From contig JBGVLD010000018.1 of assembly GCA_045124075.1 (NCBI GenBank), positions 6,807 to 70,806 on the forward strand: DNA of 64,000 nt. Reading direction: 5' to 3'. Origin of the DNA: Agathobacter sp. Lineage in GTDB: Bacteria; Bacillota; Clostridia; Lachnospirales; Lachnospiraceae. Shown one piece after another: positions 60,207-64,000 of the stretch. Position numbers and translations under genes: made by a program. The notes below the pieces were generated by a model. It made no database searches and was not told where the DNA came from. It worked only from the letters and a program-made list of their open reading frames with translations. Within the stretch, counting starts at the first letter, position 1. Every line of letters begins with the position of its first letter.

Positions 60207-60383
60207 ATGGCAGCAAGTTGTGATTTATGTGCATATAATGAGTATGATGAAGACGATGAAGCTTACTATTGTTCTGTAAATATGGACGAGGATGATTTCG
60301 CAAGATTTTTACAGAGTAATTATAAAGAGTGTCCTTACTTTAAATCAGGAGATGAATATGCAGTGGTAAGGCATCAGATGTAA
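60207..60383 (+). CDS. DUF6472-like small Cys/acidic protein (58 aa; not in the ORF track)
   Basis: MAASCDLCAYNEYDEDDEAYYCSVNMDEDD...CPYF...EYAVVRHQM; RBS GGAG. Confidence 0.75.
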   Translation: MAASCDLCAYNEYDEDDEAYYCSVNMDEDDFARFLQSNYKECPYFKSGDEYAVVRHQM

Positions 60384-60480
60384 GAAAAGGAATAGAAATC
60401 TGTTATGACAGGTCTTAAAGAAACAATAAAAACCAGGATGCTATGAAGGCAGTCCTGGTTTTTTAGTCAATGAAGAGGTT

Positions 60481-62085
60481 TTATCGGGTTACTTTGGTAG
60501 AGGCTTCAATAAATCCGTGGAACAGTGGATGAGGGCGGTTAGGTCTGGATTTTAATTCAGGATGAGCTTGGGTTGCTAAGAACCAGGGATGATCTGGAAG
60601 CTCAATCATTTCTACGATTTTTCCATCTGGGGAGGTTCCACAGAGCTTCATGCCTTTCTCGGTAAGAATATTCCGATAATCATTATTTACCTCATAACGG
60701 TGACGGTGACGTTCATGAATTTCTTCACTTTTATATACTTCATAGGCTTTGGAGGTCTTGTCCAGTATACATGGATAAGAGCCAAGTCTTAAAGTGCCTC
60801 CAATATCTTCTACATCGTTCTGATCTGGCATTAAGGCAATGACCGGATGGGAGGTGTTGGAATCCAATTCAATACTGTGGGCATTGTTCAGACCGCACAC
60901 ATGGCGGGCAAATTCAATAATGGAAACCTGCATACCGAGACAGAGTCCCAGGTATGGGATCTTATTCTCCCGGGCATATTTGCAGGCAGAAATCATACCT
61001 TCTACGCCTCTTGTTCCAAATCCTCCTGGAACAATGATGCCTTGTATATCTGCGAAAACCTCTGCAGCATTATCATCATTGATTGCTTCTGAATCGACCC
61101 ATTGTAGATCTACCGTAGCTCGTTCCGCGATTCCCCCATGTTTTAAAGCTTCTACCACAGAAATATATGCATCATGAAGGGCGGTATATTTTCCAACCAA
61201 TGCAATCTTAACGTTTTTATTCGGGTTGCGAAGTGCTTCTACCATATTCTTCCAATCCTCCAGATCTGGCTCTGGACAAGGAAGTTTTAAGCACTCGCAG
61301 GCGACTTTTGCGAGATGTTCTTCTTCCATAAAAAGAGGTGCTTCATAAAGATATTCTACATCCAGATTCTGTAATACATGGGTACTTGGAACATTACAGA
61401 ATAAAGCTATCTTATCCTTAATTCCCTGATCAATTGGCTCCTCGGAACGGCAAACGATGATATCTGGCTGGATACCCATACCCTGTAGTTCTTTTACACT
61501 GGCCTGAGTAGGTTTTGTCTTTAATTCACCAGAAGCTTTGATGTATGGAATTAAAGTAACGTGGCATAAAATTGCATTTTCATGACCGACTTCATGCTGG
61601 AACTGACGAATCGCTTCAAGGAAAGGCTGGCTTTCAATATCTCCAACAGTTCCGCCGACTTCAATAATGGCAATATGCATTTCGGCAGAAGTGTAATTCC
61701 GGTAGAATCGGCTCTTGATTTCATTGGTAATATGGGGAATGACCTGGACTGTACCACCGCCGTAATCTCCTCGGCGTTCTTTCTGAAGAACGGACCAGTA
61801 TACTTTACCAGTAGTAACATTGGACTGTTTGGTAAGACTTTCGTCAATGAATCTTTCATAATGTCCAAGATCCAGATCAGTTTCAGCACCATCATCTGTA
61901 ACGAAAACCTCTCCGTGCTGGATTGGATTCATGGTTCCAGGATCAATATTGATGTATGGATCAAATTTCTGCATGGTTACTTTGTAACCTCTGGCTTTTA
62001 AAAGGCGTCCTAAAGAGGCAGCAGTGATTCCTTTTCCAAGACCCGAAACAACACCGCCGGTAACGAAAACATATTTTACAGGCAT
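60481..62085 (-). CDS. pyrG: CTP synthase
   Basis: [44 protein letters not shown] and HPE motifs. Confidence 0.97.
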   Translation of the reverse strand: MPVKYVFVTGGVVSGLGKGITAASLGRLLKARGYKVTMQKFDPYINIDPGTMNPIQHGEVFVTDDGAETDLDLGHYERFIDESLTKQSNVTTGKVYWSVLQKERRGDYGGGTVQVIPHITNEIKSRFYRNYTSAEMHIAIIEVGGTVGDIESQPFLEAIRQFQHEVGHENAILCHVTLIPYIKASGELKTKPTQASVKELQGMGIQPDIIVCRSEEPIDQGIKDKIALFCNVPSTHVLQNLDVEYLYEAPLFMEEEHLAKVACECLKLPCPEPDLEDWKNMVEALRNPNKNVKIALVGKYTALHDAYISVVEALKHGGIAERATVDLQWVDSEAINDDNAAEVFADIQGIIVPGGFGTRGVEGMISACKYARENKIPYLGLCLGMQVSIIEFARHVCGLNNAHSIELDSNTSHPVIALMPDQNDVEDIGGTLRLGSYPCILDKTSKAYEVYKSEEIHERHRHRYEVNNDYRNILTEKGMKLCGTSPDGKIVEMIELPDHPWFLATQAHPELKSRPNRPHPLFHGFIEASTKVTR

Positions 62086-62104
62086 AATTCTCCTCCTTAT
62101 CTAT

Positions 62105-62120
62105 TATACCCTAGGGTATA
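62105..62120. promoter_or_regulatory. Perfect 16-bp palindrome in the pyrG/ftsH divergent region
   Basis: TATACCCTAGGGTATA, 19 nt upstream of the pyrG start codon. Confidence 0.45.
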
Positions 62121-62319
62121 TAAACTATTTTTTTAAGGTGTTATTATACTGCCGCCTATAAAAATATGCTACATTTTTGGAAGAAAAGTTTATTAAATTT
62201 TTAGAAAAGACGATAAAACTTAACGAAGTAAATGTTGATTTTAGTTTGGCTTTTACATATAATAAGGATATTGTACAAAGAAGCATCTGTGTTATGGGAT
62301 ACAGATGAATGGAGGATAT

Positions 62320-64000
62320 ATGGATAATCAGACACCAAATCAATATAATAACGGTGATCCTTATCATAATGATGATAATTATGGCAATGGAAACAACCGG
62401 GGAAATAAGGGCAATGGAGGAAACAATAATGGAAAGAAGAACCATAATGGTCAGATGATCATGGGGTTCATTCTTGTTGGACTAATTGCTCTGTTTCTGG
62501 TTTCTTTTTTTAGCAGCCAGTTTTCTCAGATGAGTTCCAGAGAAACTACCTATACAGAATTTCTGGAGCAGCTGGAGAAGAAAAATATTAAAACAGTCGA
62601 ATTCGATTCCTATGAGATTGATTATACACTGGTAGAAGATAAGAGCAGATATGAGATCACTTATTATACTGGATATGTAGATGATGAATCTTTGGTAGAA
62701 GAGTTAAAGAATGCTGTTACATCTGAGGGAAAGAAAATTGAAGTTTCAGCAAAAGTGCCGGACAATACATCTACCTTGATCTTAAATATTTTAAGTTTTG
62801 TCATTCCATTTATTTTTATCTGGATTCTGTTTGGTTTCCTGATGAAAAAAATGGGTGGTGGAGCCTTTGGAGCAGGCAAGTCCAATGCTAAGATTCATGT
62901 AGAGAAAGAAACTGGTGTGACTTTTAAGGATGTTGCGGGACAGGATGAAGCCATGGAATCTTTACAGGAAGTGGTTGATTTCCTTCATAATCCAAATAAA
63001 TACAAGGAAATTGGTGCGAAACTTCCAAAGGGAGCTCTTTTGGTAGGACCTCCTGGAACAGGTAAGACCCTTCTTGCTAAGGCTGTAGCGGGAGAAGCAG
63101 GAGTTCCGTTCTTTTCACTGGCAGGTTCTGATTTTGTAGAAATGTTCGTAGGTGTAGGAGCTGCCCGTGTAAGAGATTTGTTTGCAGAAGCACAGAAAAT
63201 GGCACCATGTATTATTTTTATCGATGAGATCGATGCCATTGGTAAGAGTCGTGACAGCCGTTATGGCGGTGGCAATGATGAAAGAGAGCAGACTTTAAAT
63301 CAGTTATTGGCAGAGATGGACGGATTTGATACTTCTAAGGGAATTTTGATCCTGGCAGCAACAAACCGTCCGGAGGTACTGGATAAGGCACTGCTTCGTC
63401 CGGGACGTTTTGACCGAAGAATTATTGTAGATAAGCCGGATTTGAAAGGACGTTTGGAAACATTAAAGGTTCATTCCAAAGACGTGCTGATGGATGAGAC
63501 GGTAGATTTAGATGCAATGGCACTGGCAACAGCGGGATTGGTGGGTTCTGATCTTGCTAATATGATTAATGAAGCCGCTATTAATGCGGTTAAGAGTGGT
63601 AGAAAATGCGTGAACCAGTCCGATCTTTTTGATGCCTTTGAGCTGGTTGCAGTTGGTGGAAAAGAGAAAAAAGACCGTGTTATGAGCGAAAAAGAACGTA
63701 AGATTGTTTCTTATCATGAAGTAGGTCATGCTCTTGTTTCTGCATTACAGAAGAATACAGAACCTGTACAGAAAATTACCATCGTTCCAAGAACTATGGG
63801 GGCACTGGGATATACGTTACAAACTCCAGAAGAGGAAAAATATCTGGAGACAAAAGAGGAGCTTCTTGCAAAGATTACCACTTATATGGCTGGTCGTGCG
63901 GCTGAAATGGTAGTATTTAACTCAGCTACAAGTGGGGCAGCAAATGACATTGAACATGCCAGCAAGATTGCAAGAGCTATGGTTACTATGTACGGTATGT
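62320..64000 (+). CDS. ftsH: ATP-dependent zinc metalloprotease FtsH (partial; runs off the window)
   Basis: RBS GGAGG; Asn/Gly-rich N-terminus, two TM helices, [25 protein letters not shown] and HEVGH. Confidence 0.95.
   Translation, partial: MDNQTPNQYNNGDPYHNDDNYGNGNNRGNKGNGGNNNGKKNHNGQMIMGFILVGLIALFLVSFFSSQFSQMSSRETTYTEFLEQLEKKNIKTVEFDSYEIDYTLVEDKSRYEITYYTGYVDDESLVEELKNAVTSEGKKIEVSAKVPDNTSTLILNILSFVIPFIFIWILFGFLMKKMGGGAFGAGKSNAKIHVEKETGVTFKDVAGQDEAMESLQEVVDFLHNPNKYKEIGAKLPKGALLVGPPGTGKTLLAKAVAGEAGVPFFSLAGSDFVEMFVGVGAARVRDLFAEAQKMAPCIIFIDEIDAIGKSRDSRYGGGNDEREQTLNQLLAEMDGFDTSKGILILAATNRPEVLDKALLRPGRFDRRIIVDKPDLKGRLETLKVHSKDVLMDETVDLDAMALATAGLVGSDLANMINEAAINAVKSGRKCVNQSDLFDAFELVAVGGKEKKDRVMSEKERKIVSYHEVGHALVSALQKNTEPVQKITIVPRTMGALGYTLQTPEEEKYLETKEELLAKITTYMAGRAAEMVVFNSATSGAANDIEHASKIARAMVTMYGM

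Overview
AT-rich chromosomal window of a spore-forming, probably motile Clostridia bacterium; gene content points to Lachnospiraceae (inference). 1-27 kb mixes accessory and metabolic genes: XRE/TetR/YafY regulators, an AAC(3)-family acetyltransferase, superoxide reductase-rubredoxin, a TIR/beta-propeller protein, MATE, putP, a GGDEF protein, cysK, a CheX/CheY pair, coat genes, a GH13 enzyme and a glutathionylspermidine-synthase/homospermidine-synthase-like cassette. About ten genes there carry frameshifts or clean deletions. 29-64 kb is intact, mostly core genome: rlmD, yhaM, mutS2, a two-component system, hydE/G/F, GH31, tRNA-Gly/tRNA-Phe, a glycogen debranching enzyme, murI, pyrG and partial ftsH. 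The most unusual features are: (1) a 543-bp non-coding foldback element with a 12-bp target duplication between hydE and hydG; (2) a CheX-like phosphatase with three MshEN-type c-di-GMP motifs upstream of cheY; (3) a TIR-hydrophobic helix-propeller protein with no NTPase; (4) a 24-bp att-like duplication of the rlmD 3' end; (5) a candidate attenuator before the hydrogenase-maturation operon. No CRISPR array, rRNA, intact transposase, integrase or phage genes were seen. Family names come from motif recognition by eye, not from database searches.
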